Shown here: in pieces, positions 1 through 7,403 of the stretch
How the letters are laid out: the number at the start of each line of letters is the position of its first letter
How positions within the stretch are numbered: the first letter of the stretch is position 1
The notes under the pieces: model-generated
Databases searched by the model: none
Seen by the model: the letters and a program-made list of their open reading frames with translations, nothing else
What the model was told of the DNA's origin: nothing
Sequence record: SRR31156797_4650
Strand: one strand, 5' to 3'
DNA length: 20,000 bases
Program-made: the position numbers and the translations under genes

Positions 1-2
1 GT

Positions 3-329
3 ATAACCAACGTACGAGGTCATGTCTGCGATATCACTGGGCACCTCCCCTTAGCTTCCAGAAGTGTGGACCTGATATTGTTGAGCACCGTGCTTCATAT
101 CCGTGCCGTACGCGATCGAGCTTCGAACATGTTCCATGAGTTTCGACGAGTGCTACGCCCCGAAGGGAAAGTTGCCGTCATCGAGTGCAAAAAAGAAGAA
201 ACTAATTTCGGCCCCCCTCTTCACTCTCGACTTGCCCCAAAGGAGGTCGAAGCCTTGGCGGCCTCAAGCGGCTTGCAAAAAACATCATTGGTCCTTTTCG
301 ACCACACTTACTTGCTCAATCTCGCATAG
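3..329 (+). CDS. Class I SAM-dependent methyltransferase, C-terminal part (5' end outside the window)
   Basis: The frame is open from position 3 (ITNVRGHVCDITGHLPLASRSVDLILLSTVLH...EFRRVLRPEGKVAVIE). LPL..SVDLI and RVLRPEG are typical Methyltransf_11-type motifs. Confidence 0.85.
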   Translation: MTNVRGHVCDITGHLPLASRSVDLILLSTVLHIRAVRDRASNMFHEFRRVLRPEGKVAVIECKKEETNFGPPLHSRLAPKEVEALAASSGLQKTSLVLFDHTYLLNLA

Positions 330-402
330 ACACAAAATATTCGACGCTTACCCACCCTGCTTCCATTTCAATTCAAGGAAACGTAGGCTTATGGGGAAAT
401 AA

Positions 403-451
403 AAAGGAGGAAGACAAGTGGGATCTAGCACCCCACTCGTCTTCCTCCTTT
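403..451. terminator. Probable bidirectional intrinsic terminator between convergent genes
   Basis: Long imperfect inverted repeat AAAGGAGGAAGAC-A-AGTGGG...CCCACT-C-GTCTTCCTCCTTT. The A-run at 401-405 gives a U-tract on the minus strand. Confidence 0.8.
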
Positions 452-474
452 CATTCTAAATCAAAACGCCCCAT

Positions 475-1785
475 CTACCTTCTTGGCACTTCCTCCAAAG
501 GACTCCCAACAACCTTTGCAAAAGCGGCATGTTGCCCCCCTTTCCGCGACAGCCAAAGCGCAGTCTCTGCGATGATAAAGCCAACAACCATAAGACCGGT
601 CAACAACGTATAAAGGAAAGGGAATCCGCTGATATCACCTAATTTCCCCGTCAACGGTGCAGCGGCGAGTGGAACCAGAATAAACAGACTGCTCAGCACA
701 GCAAATCCGGTGCCCGAATTGCGTCCAACGCTGACACGCATCATTAATGTAAAGCCCCATACATTGATGCCTCCCATAAGGATATTATCAACAGATAAAA
801 TAACACCAGCTTCCCAAAGAGTAACAACACCGGCTAAAGACAAACGAACAGCGTAAACCGCAAGCAAAATAGTACCGACACAAAACAACCGAAGAAAGGC
901 GCGAGGGCCAAAACGGTTAAGAAACCACGCCGTGGCAACGGTTCCAGCTATCCCCAAAGGGACCGCGTAATGCATCATGATTTTGCCCAAAGTGACAGAA
1001 TTCAATCCGAGATCCACAAACAACGGAGCGCGCATCTGGATGCTGCTAAAAGCAAAGGCCGTCGGAGCAATGAGGACAGGCAATAGCCAGAGGACATCCC
1101 TTCTGCGCAAAAAAGCCCGAACTCCGGCAGGCTGTTCCTTTTGTTTCGAGTATTTACGATAAACCGGTAAAATTTCCCTATGAAACAATACAGGAAGGCT
1201 GAACAAAAACACCACGATAGACAGAACAATGCACAAGGCCTTCCACCCCAAAGAATGATGTAAGGTAAGCATCAATCCACCACCGAGAAACAACCCAACA
1301 TACCGCGCTCCTGCCTGAATTGTATTACCCCATGAACGCTCATGTTCTTCCAGTATATCCGAGGCATAGCCGTCCACGGCAATATCATTTGTTGCCATCA
1401 CGGTATTCAACAGCAACAACACCAGAAACATTGAATTATAGGCCGTGTCCGGCGGGGTCTGCGCAGCAACCAACAAAAGAATTGCAGCGAACCATTGCAA
1501 AGGGAATATCCACGAGCGCCGACGTCCCAGAATAGGAATGTAATGATGATCTACCCAAGAGGCGTAAAGGAACTTGAAAGCCCATGGAAGATGCAGGATA
1601 AAAAGCCCACCGATACGGACCAGAGACACATTGTCTTCACGCATGATCACCGGCAGGCTGCCAAAGATATACCCCAAGGGGATAGCTTGGCAAAAATACA
1701 TGGTGGCCAGCAAAAACATCTTGTGGGCCGTATGAAACTTCGGTCCACTAAACAGCTTAGTCATATTAATTCTATCCCGACTCAC
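475..1785 (-). CDS. MFS transporter, AmpG/RhtX/FptX-like siderophore permease (alternative start ATG 1764)
   Basis: About 12 hydrophobic segments. Motifs YFCQAIPLG, LPWAFKFLYASWVD, GRRRSWI and ATNDIAVDGY are characteristic of the AmpG/RhtX/FptX family. Lies 5 bp downstream of the TonB-dependent receptor. Confidence 0.88.
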   Translation of the reverse strand: MSRDRINMTKLFSGPKFHTAHKMFLLATMYFCQAIPLGYIFGSLPVIMREDNVSLVRIGGLFILHLPWAFKFLYASWVDHHYIPILGRRRSWIFPLQWFAAILLLVAAQTPPDTAYNSMFLVLLLLNTVMATNDIAVDGYASDILEEHERSWGNTIQAGARYVGLFLGGGLMLTLHHSLGWKALCIVLSIVVFLFSLPVLFHREILPVYRKYSKQKEQPAGVRAFLRRRDVLWLLPVLIAPTAFAFSSIQMRAPLFVDLGLNSVTLGKIMMHYAVPLGIAGTVATAWFLNRFGPRAFLRLFCVGTILLAVYAVRLSLAGVVTLWEAGVILSVDNILMGGINVWGFTLMMRVSVGRNSGTGFAVLSSLFILVPLAAAPLTGKLGDISGFPFLYTLLTGLMVVGFIIAETALWLSRKGGQHAAFAKVVGSPLEEVPRR

Positions 1786-1790
1786 GCCCG

Positions 1791-3929
1791 TTAAAAGGTA
1801 TAATCCACCGAGATTCCGAAAGTCCGAGGCTTACCATCTTCTGCCAAGCCTGCCGTGGTATTTTCAAACGCCACATACTGACGATCAAGCAGGTTCTTGG
1901 CCCATAGGCTGCATTCCAATTGTTTCCACCGGGCACCCAAGCGCATATTCACCAGTTCATACGCTTCCTGTTTGACGGTATTGGCGTTGTCAAAATACTG
2001 AGGTCCGACGCCACTCACTCCGACACGTCCAAACAAATCCCAATCAACAGCGACCTGTTCACGATAATCCAACGCCACTTCGTAGGAATATTCCGGGACA
2101 CAAAAAACCCGTTTACCGGCATAGTCCACACCGAGAATTTCATCTTCGTACTCATCAAAACGTGCGTCGATCCAAGAAGCATTTCCGCTCAAAGTAAATG
2201 ATGGGGCTAATTTGAAACGGCTTTCCAATTCAAGCCCAGCCCGATGGGACTTACCAGCGTTCGCCAGATATCCCTGTTTGACCGAGACCTCAAATAATGG
2301 AAGTTGCTCGTTGTCGATGGTCGTATAAAATGCCGAAAGGTTAACCATCAATCGCTTATCAAGCGCAAAGGACTTCACACCAATTTCATAGAGCCAGCTT
2401 TCTTCTTCGCCGTAAGCTTCATCTCCAGCCGGAGCAGAAGCATCGTTAAACCCGCCATTCTTGTGCGCCTTAGCCACAGCAGCATATGTCATGACATCTT
2501 CGGAGAAATGCCAGGCAAGAGACAACTTAGGGAGCAAAGCCGTATAATCTTCCTCCCGATCAAAGGCAGAAACCACTGTTGACGTCCCATCTGCCTGAAC
2601 ATTCGTCCGCGTTGAATCCCCTTCCGCATGCTCGTATTCACCACGCAAGCCCAAAGTCAGATCCAATTTGGAAAACAACGTATATGTCCCTTCTCCAAAC
2701 AACGCGCATCCGGTATTCTGGCGATCCGTATCAAATTGCACCATCATTCCGGGACTTGGCGCGTCAGCGCCAAAGAGGTTGCCAACCCTGGTTTCGGAGT
2801 CCAGATGAAAAAGATACAATCCGGCAATCCATTTCAATGGCCCATTCCCGTCCGGTGATGTCATGCGAAACTCCTGAGAAAAATCCTTGTCCACCTGACG
2901 GTAGCTCTTTCGCATGAAATCCAGTGGAGAAAAATCGGCATCAATCCATTCGGAACTATCGTAGCCTCTGTATCCAGTGATTGACTGAACCGTGCCAAGG
3001 GCCGTTGTCCACTTCGAATCCAAACCGGCACCCCAAAAATCAACATCCTGACTGCCTTCAAAATCGTGAGAATAGTGATATTCGTCATCAGCAGGGAAAA
3101 TATTCCCTTGGACATAGGCGTTCCGTTCGGTCCGTCGGCAGGGAAACGCTCCGTCGTCACGATGCTGGGCATCCAAAGACAACGTCATGTCCCAATCCTC
3201 GGAAGGCAAATAACGCAACTTCACACGCCCGGCCTTGCCTTCTTTGCTGCGGCCATCATCTCCGCCGGTATCGACATCATTTTCCATGAAGCCTTCTTCG
3301 ACGTCACCTAACCCATAAAGTCCCAGAAAGAGCTTGTCTTCAATCAGGGGGCCACTGACGTTGGCTCGCAACTCCTTGGCTCCCAAATTGCCAAACGTGG
3401 TTCCTATAGTGGACGTAAATTCATTGCCTGGCTGGGCTGTATAAATATTGATAACGCCGCCGGTTGTATTTCGCCCGTACAAGGTCCCTTGCGCTCCCCT
3501 GAGCACCTCGATGCGATCCACATCAAAAAGAGGAAAACCAAACATGTACGACTTCGAATAACTGACGCCATCTACATTGAATCCAGTGCCGGGGCCTTCT
3601 CCAGGCAGGCTCTTGATACCGCGCAAGAAAAGTAGTCCATGCCTGCTGCTCCCGAAATCATGAAATTCTAAATTGGGTACATGCTCGGCGAGATCACTCA
3701 TATCGGCGATGCCCATTTCCCGAATATCATTCTGCTCCAAAACAGTAATACTGGCAGGCACATTCTGAGCTTCTTCGGACCGTTTTTCCGCTTTGACTAC
3801 AACCGGCTCCAAAAGCAGTTCATTACTGACAGTTTTTTCATCTCCAGAAGCGGCCCACGCTTCTGGGCAAATCCCCATTATAAAAACAGAAAATACAAAA
3901 CTCCATATAACTACACGCATTTCATCCAC
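1791..3929 (-). CDS. TonB-dependent receptor (FyuA-like siderophore/metallophore receptor)
   Basis: Signal peptide, TonB box-like LEPVVVKAEKR, plug motif RIEVLRGAQGTLYGRNTTGGVINI, and C-terminal KNLLD...PRTFGISVDYTF ending in Phe. Confidence 0.95.
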   Translation of the reverse strand: MDEMRVVIWSFVFSVFIMGICPEAWAASGDEKTVSNELLLEPVVVKAEKRSEEAQNVPASITVLEQNDIREMGIADMSDLAEHVPNLEFHDFGSSRHGLLFLRGIKSLPGEGPGTGFNVDGVSYSKSYMFGFPLFDVDRIEVLRGAQGTLYGRNTTGGVINIYTAQPGNEFTSTIGTTFGNLGAKELRANVSGPLIEDKLFLGLYGLGDVEEGFMENDVDTGGDDGRSKEGKAGRVKLRYLPSEDWDMTLSLDAQHRDDGAFPCRRTERNAYVQGNIFPADDEYHYSHDFEGSQDVDFWGAGLDSKWTTALGTVQSITGYRGYDSSEWIDADFSPLDFMRKSYRQVDKDFSQEFRMTSPDGNGPLKWIAGLYLFHLDSETRVGNLFGADAPSPGMMVQFDTDRQNTGCALFGEGTYTLFSKLDLTLGLRGEYEHAEGDSTRTNVQADGTSTVVSAFDREEDYTALLPKLSLAWHFSEDVMTYAAVAKAHKNGGFNDASAPAGDEAYGEEESWLYEIGVKSFALDKRLMVNLSAFYTTIDNEQLPLFEVSVKQGYLANAGKSHRAGLELESRFKLAPSFTLSGNASWIDARFDEYEDEILGVDYAGKRVFCVPEYSYEVALDYREQVAVDWDLFGRVGVSGVGPQYFDNANTVKQEAYELVNMRLGARWKQLECSLWAKNLLDRQYVAFENTTAGLAEDGKPRTFGISVDYTF

Positions 3930-4118
3930 TCTCTTCTTTCAAAATCCACAGGCCGTGTCATGACGGCAGAACTCTTTAGCCACGTTGGGATAGCGACTAA
4001 GATTGTAGGAAAGCAGAGCTATGAATTTCTACTCGAAGAACAAGTTTTATTGCCCCAACAACAAAACAGATCCAATCGATGCGTAAAGACTTTAAACGAA
4101 GGACGGAATTCCCTGCTG

Positions 4119-5129
4119 CTAAAAAGTATGGAGATGTTCACGAAGAGATTTAAGATAGGCTTTCGGCAATACGCCAAAACGTTTTTTATATGCTGCGGAA
4201 AAATGGCTCAAATTGGTGTATCCGATATCCCAAGCCACCTGACTGACATTCATATTTCCTTCGGCAAAAAACAACTTGGCTCTTTGCAGACGATACTCTT
4301 TGACAAAGGCAAAGACGGACATACCGAAAAGGGTCTTGAACCCAGCTTGTACGGTTGCAATGGGCATATGATATTGCGCTGAAATCTCGGAAAGAGTCGG
4401 TGGTGATGCGTAATTTTTCTCCAGCTCTTCGCGAACGGCATGCAAGACATCCCGCAACCGGGGACACACAGACGGCACCGCGCTCATGCCTGGTGAATCT
4501 GTAAGAGCAAGCGCCAACAGTTCGAGGACCTTGCCCTCTATATACATCTTGATATCGGAACGATTTTTAATGCTATAAAACAACTCATTGGCTACCGCTT
4601 GCACAAGAGCTGTCTGTCGACGCTGATGCACAAAAGCACCGTTTCTTTTGTTTTCCAAGACCTTAAGCAAACAGGGTGAGACTCGCTCCAAATCCCATCC
4701 AAGCATCTCTCCAAGAGTGGAAGGCAATACATGCAAATGCATGACACGCGTTTTCTTCCGGGCAGGCAAATGAAACGAGCCATTCATTTCCGATACGTAC
4801 CCTACACCGTACTCCCCTGCTCGATTTTCGAATTCAACGGGACCTCGAGCCAACGAATTCACTGTGTTGACAAATGTTCCTTCCAAAAAAAAACCAAAAT
4901 CAATCAAGGCATTGTCTTTGCCAAACTCCAATGAAAAATCATGAGACAACGATGCGTCAAAGACACTGACAAATAAACCTTCGCTCAATTGTTCTTCCTG
5001 CCACAAACGCCCAAACCATGCCTTTTTATCTTCAATATTCAAGGTCGGAAAATTCCGCACCAACGTGGACGACGCAACGCTGGTTGAAGAACACGAACTG
5101 CTGGAAACCTGGTCGGCATTTGAAAACAA
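4119..5129 (-). CDS. AraC-family transcriptional regulator, PchR/YbtA-like
   Basis: C-terminal AraC HTH (GFKTLFGMSVF...MNVSQVAWDIGYTNLSHFSAAYKKRFGVLP) and PchR-like YIEGKVLELLAL. Start moved from 5171 to TTG at 5129, which follows an AGGAG RBS by 8 nt. The ORF-finder start lies within the Fur-like box. Confidence 0.9.
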   Translation of the reverse strand: MFSNADQVSSSSCSSTSVASSTLVRNFPTLNIEDKKAWFGRLWQEEQLSEGLFVSVFDASLSHDFSLEFGKDNALIDFGFFLEGTFVNTVNSLARGPVEFENRAGEYGVGYVSEMNGSFHLPARKKTRVMHLHVLPSTLGEMLGWDLERVSPCLLKVLENKRNGAFVHQRRQTALVQAVANELFYSIKNRSDIKMYIEGKVLELLALALTDSPGMSAVPSVCPRLRDVLHAVREELEKNYASPPTLSEISAQYHMPIATVQAGFKTLFGMSVFAFVKEYRLQRAKLFFAEGNMNVSQVAWDIGYTNLSHFSAAYKKRFGVLPKAYLKSLREHLHTF

Positions 5130-5150
5130 AAGAAAGGCTCCTGTTGTAAA

Positions 5151-5170
5151 GATTTTGATTTTCATTATCA
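5151..5170 (-). promoter_or_regulatory. Fur box upstream of araC
   Basis: Minus strand GATAATGAAAATCAAAATC (5169-5151) matches the classical GATAATGATAATCATTATC at 16/19. It lies between a TTGACA -35 element (5208-5203) and the RBS. Confidence 0.85.
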
Positions 5171-5179
5171 ATTAAGACG

Positions 5180-5208
5180 TAAATAAAAAAACAGTCATTT
5201 TCTGTCAA
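5180..5208 (-). promoter_or_regulatory. Putative sigma70 promoter of araC
   Basis: TTGACA (5208-5203), 17-bp spacer, then a weak -10 TATTTA (5185-5180). Confidence 0.45.
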
Positions 5209-5233
5209 CCAGAAAGAGCTGTTCCCCTGTATG

Positions 5234-5265
5234 AACGCGCCCTTCTGGTACAAGAAGGACGCGTT
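5234..5265 (-). terminator. Stem-loop immediately after the beta-barrel gene stop
   Basis: AACGCGTCCTTCT-tgtacc-AGAAGGGCGCGTT forms a 13-bp stem with one G-U pair. There is no U-tract, so termination may be weak or the hairpin may stabilise the mRNA. Confidence 0.55.
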
Positions 5266-5270
5266 TGCCA

Positions 5271-6548
5271 TTAAAAGCTATAGCGAAATGAAGTGAATAT
5301 ATTGGTATTTTTTTCAAACTGACCAAAAAAAGTACTTTGAGACTTTCCCATAAATATATTCGCGCCCAAGCCTACCACAATTGCATCCGAGACCTTGTAG
5401 CTCATGTTTGGTCGCAAATATGCGTCCTTATCGCTCGGCGAATAATAGGTATCCAATGAAAGAGTAAAATTTTGATTCATCAGGAGCTGCGTCAATTGCA
5501 ACGTCACTACATGCCGGAATTCATCCCGTGGATCACCAGAAGTCAGTTGTTCACGATACTCATCGTAATCGAGCATATGCTCTACATAATATTGAGCATT
5601 CGCATTGAAATCCTGCCACACTTCCTGTGCATACCCTACAAGATAGCGCATTTCTGAATTACGAACGGAAGCGTTCTTCCCTCCTCTGCTTTCCGGCGAA
5701 TGGTAATAGACAAATTCCACATTACCAATCCCCGGTCCTACTGCACCCCGAATGCTCCCGCCATACGCGTTCAACTCCGGGAATATTGATTTACCACTGG
5801 AACTGACCCCATTGGGGCTTTTCCAGAACCCTCTATAGAGATAGAGAGCCAATTCATAGTTATCGATATTACGATAGATTCGCGCGGCAAATTCATCATC
5901 TTGAAACCACCGGTCCGGCGTGTCAGTCTTGAGTACATGATCGTTACCCACCAGAGCTTGGCGTGAAGCATCCCAGTACGATATGTACTCACCATTAATG
6001 TATCTGTCCGACTCAAATTTTGGAGTGTACACAAGATCAACATTGGCAATATCGTTAAACAATCCAACCTTCACAGAAGAAGTCGGAGCTTTGAGATATT
6101 CCGCATCCCTCCCAATAAAAAACGACTGCCAATCCTTGGGGAACAAATCATTGAGAAAAACCAACCCGCCCGTACCCCAAGTTAATATTTGCCGGCCGGC
6201 CTTAACATCCAAAAAATCATACGGTCTGGCAAAGGCCCATGCTTCCCTCGTCTCATAGGCCACACACTCCGCAACCAAGTCTCCCCGAATATCCCCCCTG
6301 TACTTGAAATCCATGTTTTCCGTGCTGGTAAACGCTTCCAGCTGTAGTCTGGTTTCACCAATGGAGATATCTTTCTCTTCCGGGTCATTTTGTGTGCGCG
6401 CGCCCATACGGGTTTCCCAAAACCCATACAATTCCAGTTGCTCCAACATCTCCCCCAAGGGAGAAAGTTCCTCTTCCGCCTGCACTGAGGCCGGTATGGC
6501 CAGGGCTGCAAACAGCCCCAGCCATACGGCTACCCAAAATCCTTTCAT
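5271..6548 (-). CDS. Outer-membrane beta-barrel protein (DUF1302-like partner of MMPL/LolA-like systems)
   Basis: Signal peptide ending VQA, motif LDVKAGRQILTWGTG, alternating amphipathic strands and a C-terminal beta-signal FRYSF. The start overlaps the upstream stop (ATGA, 6548-6545). Confidence 0.8.
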   Translation of the reverse strand: MKGFWVAVWLGLFAALAIPASVQAEEELSPLGEMLEQLELYGFWETRMGARTQNDPEEKDISIGETRLQLEAFTSTENMDFKYRGDIRGDLVAECVAYETREAWAFARPYDFLDVKAGRQILTWGTGGLVFLNDLFPKDWQSFFIGRDAEYLKAPTSSVKVGLFNDIANVDLVYTPKFESDRYINGEYISYWDASRQALVGNDHVLKTDTPDRWFQDDEFAARIYRNIDNYELALYLYRGFWKSPNGVSSSGKSIFPELNAYGGSIRGAVGPGIGNVEFVYYHSPESRGGKNASVRNSEMRYLVGYAQEVWQDFNANAQYYVEHMLDYDEYREQLTSGDPRDEFRHVVTLQLTQLLMNQNFTLSLDTYYSPSDKDAYLRPNMSYKVSDAIVVGLGANIFMGKSQSTFFGQFEKNTNIFTSFRYSF

Positions 6549-7366
6549 CGCATCACCTCTCTGGGCGGTCTCCTGAGGTAACGTTCTCCGAAGATATTTC
6601 CCTTGAGAGGGATATCATAACGAATATTGGTAAACGTCATGATTGTTGAACTTCCGGTTTCAAGATTTTTAAATCGAGATTCCGTGACGGTGGGGAACTC
6701 TTTTTCTCCGTCACCTGAAGGAATTTTTTCTACCTTGAGGACGTCCATCACGCGATACAACATGTCGCCCTTGAAGTACTCCAACTTCATGGGGATAAAC
6801 GTTTCACGATCAATATACGCCATGTAATGGGAGAACTCGACACTCGACGGGACCTTGGGCGTATTCTTGATCACCAAATACCCATCCACATTGTCCTGCC
6901 GTTCGTGCACATCCTCATGCATGTTGCGCCCGGATATATCCTCATAAAGGAAATCAGATCCTGCGAAACTTGTACGTTTGTCACCGGCAGCGATTCTTTT
7001 CACCAGATCCAGTCCCGGCATATACAGCCAACGGGCATCGTCCTGCCCCGGTTCCACTGTTTTGTGCACAAGAAACGACATTTTGCGGACATCCGCCGGA
7101 GACCTGAAATAGGTCATATACCTCTGAGCCTGATCGCCTCCTGGCATATCCTTTCTCAAGATATTCAACTCTCTTTTGCGAACACGATCCTGACTATCAG
7201 TAATTGTCAGAGTAACCCTCCCTTTGCAGGTCTCTCCCAAATAAAGAGCCGCATGGTTGGCCTTCCTGACAATGGTGTCGGCATCCAGAGTATTCGTTGC
7301 AAAGGCTGCACTTGTCATCAAAAGCAGTGTCATGATCACCGCCACTCCAAATAAGACTTTTTTCAT
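6545..7366 (-). CDS. Periplasmic outer-membrane lipoprotein-sorting (LolA-like) protein
   Basis: Signal peptide MKKVLFGVAV...AFA from ATG 7366. Family motif FRSPADVRKMSFL...DDARWLYMPGLDLVKRIAAGDKRTSFAGSDFLYEDI. Confidence 0.88.
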   Translation of the reverse strand: MKKVLFGVAVIMTLLLMTSAAFATNTLDADTIVRKANHAALYLGETCKGRVTLTITDSQDRVRKRELNILRKDMPGGDQAQRYMTYFRSPADVRKMSFLVHKTVEPGQDDARWLYMPGLDLVKRIAAGDKRTSFAGSDFLYEDISGRNMHEDVHERQDNVDGYLVIKNTPKVPSSVEFSHYMAYIDRETFIPMKLEYFKGDMLYRVMDVLKVEKIPSGDGEKEFPTVTESRFKNLETGSSTIMTFTNIRYDIPLKGNIFGERYLRRPPREVMR

Positions 7367-7403
7367 TTCCAATCTCTCTTTTTTATAAGGTATATTCATT
7401 ATT

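Noticed and set aside
3930-4118. Search for a Fur box or AraC direct repeats before the TBDR gene
   Set aside because: Only a short hairpin (GCCGT...ACGGC, 3952-3967) and weak partial matches were found. Nothing supportable.
3681-4382. 233-aa plus-strand ORF
   Set aside because: Antisense to the TBDR and araC genes, with no recognisable motifs. Shadow ORF.
6827-7354. 175-aa plus-strand ORF
   Set aside because: Antisense shadow of the LolA-like gene.
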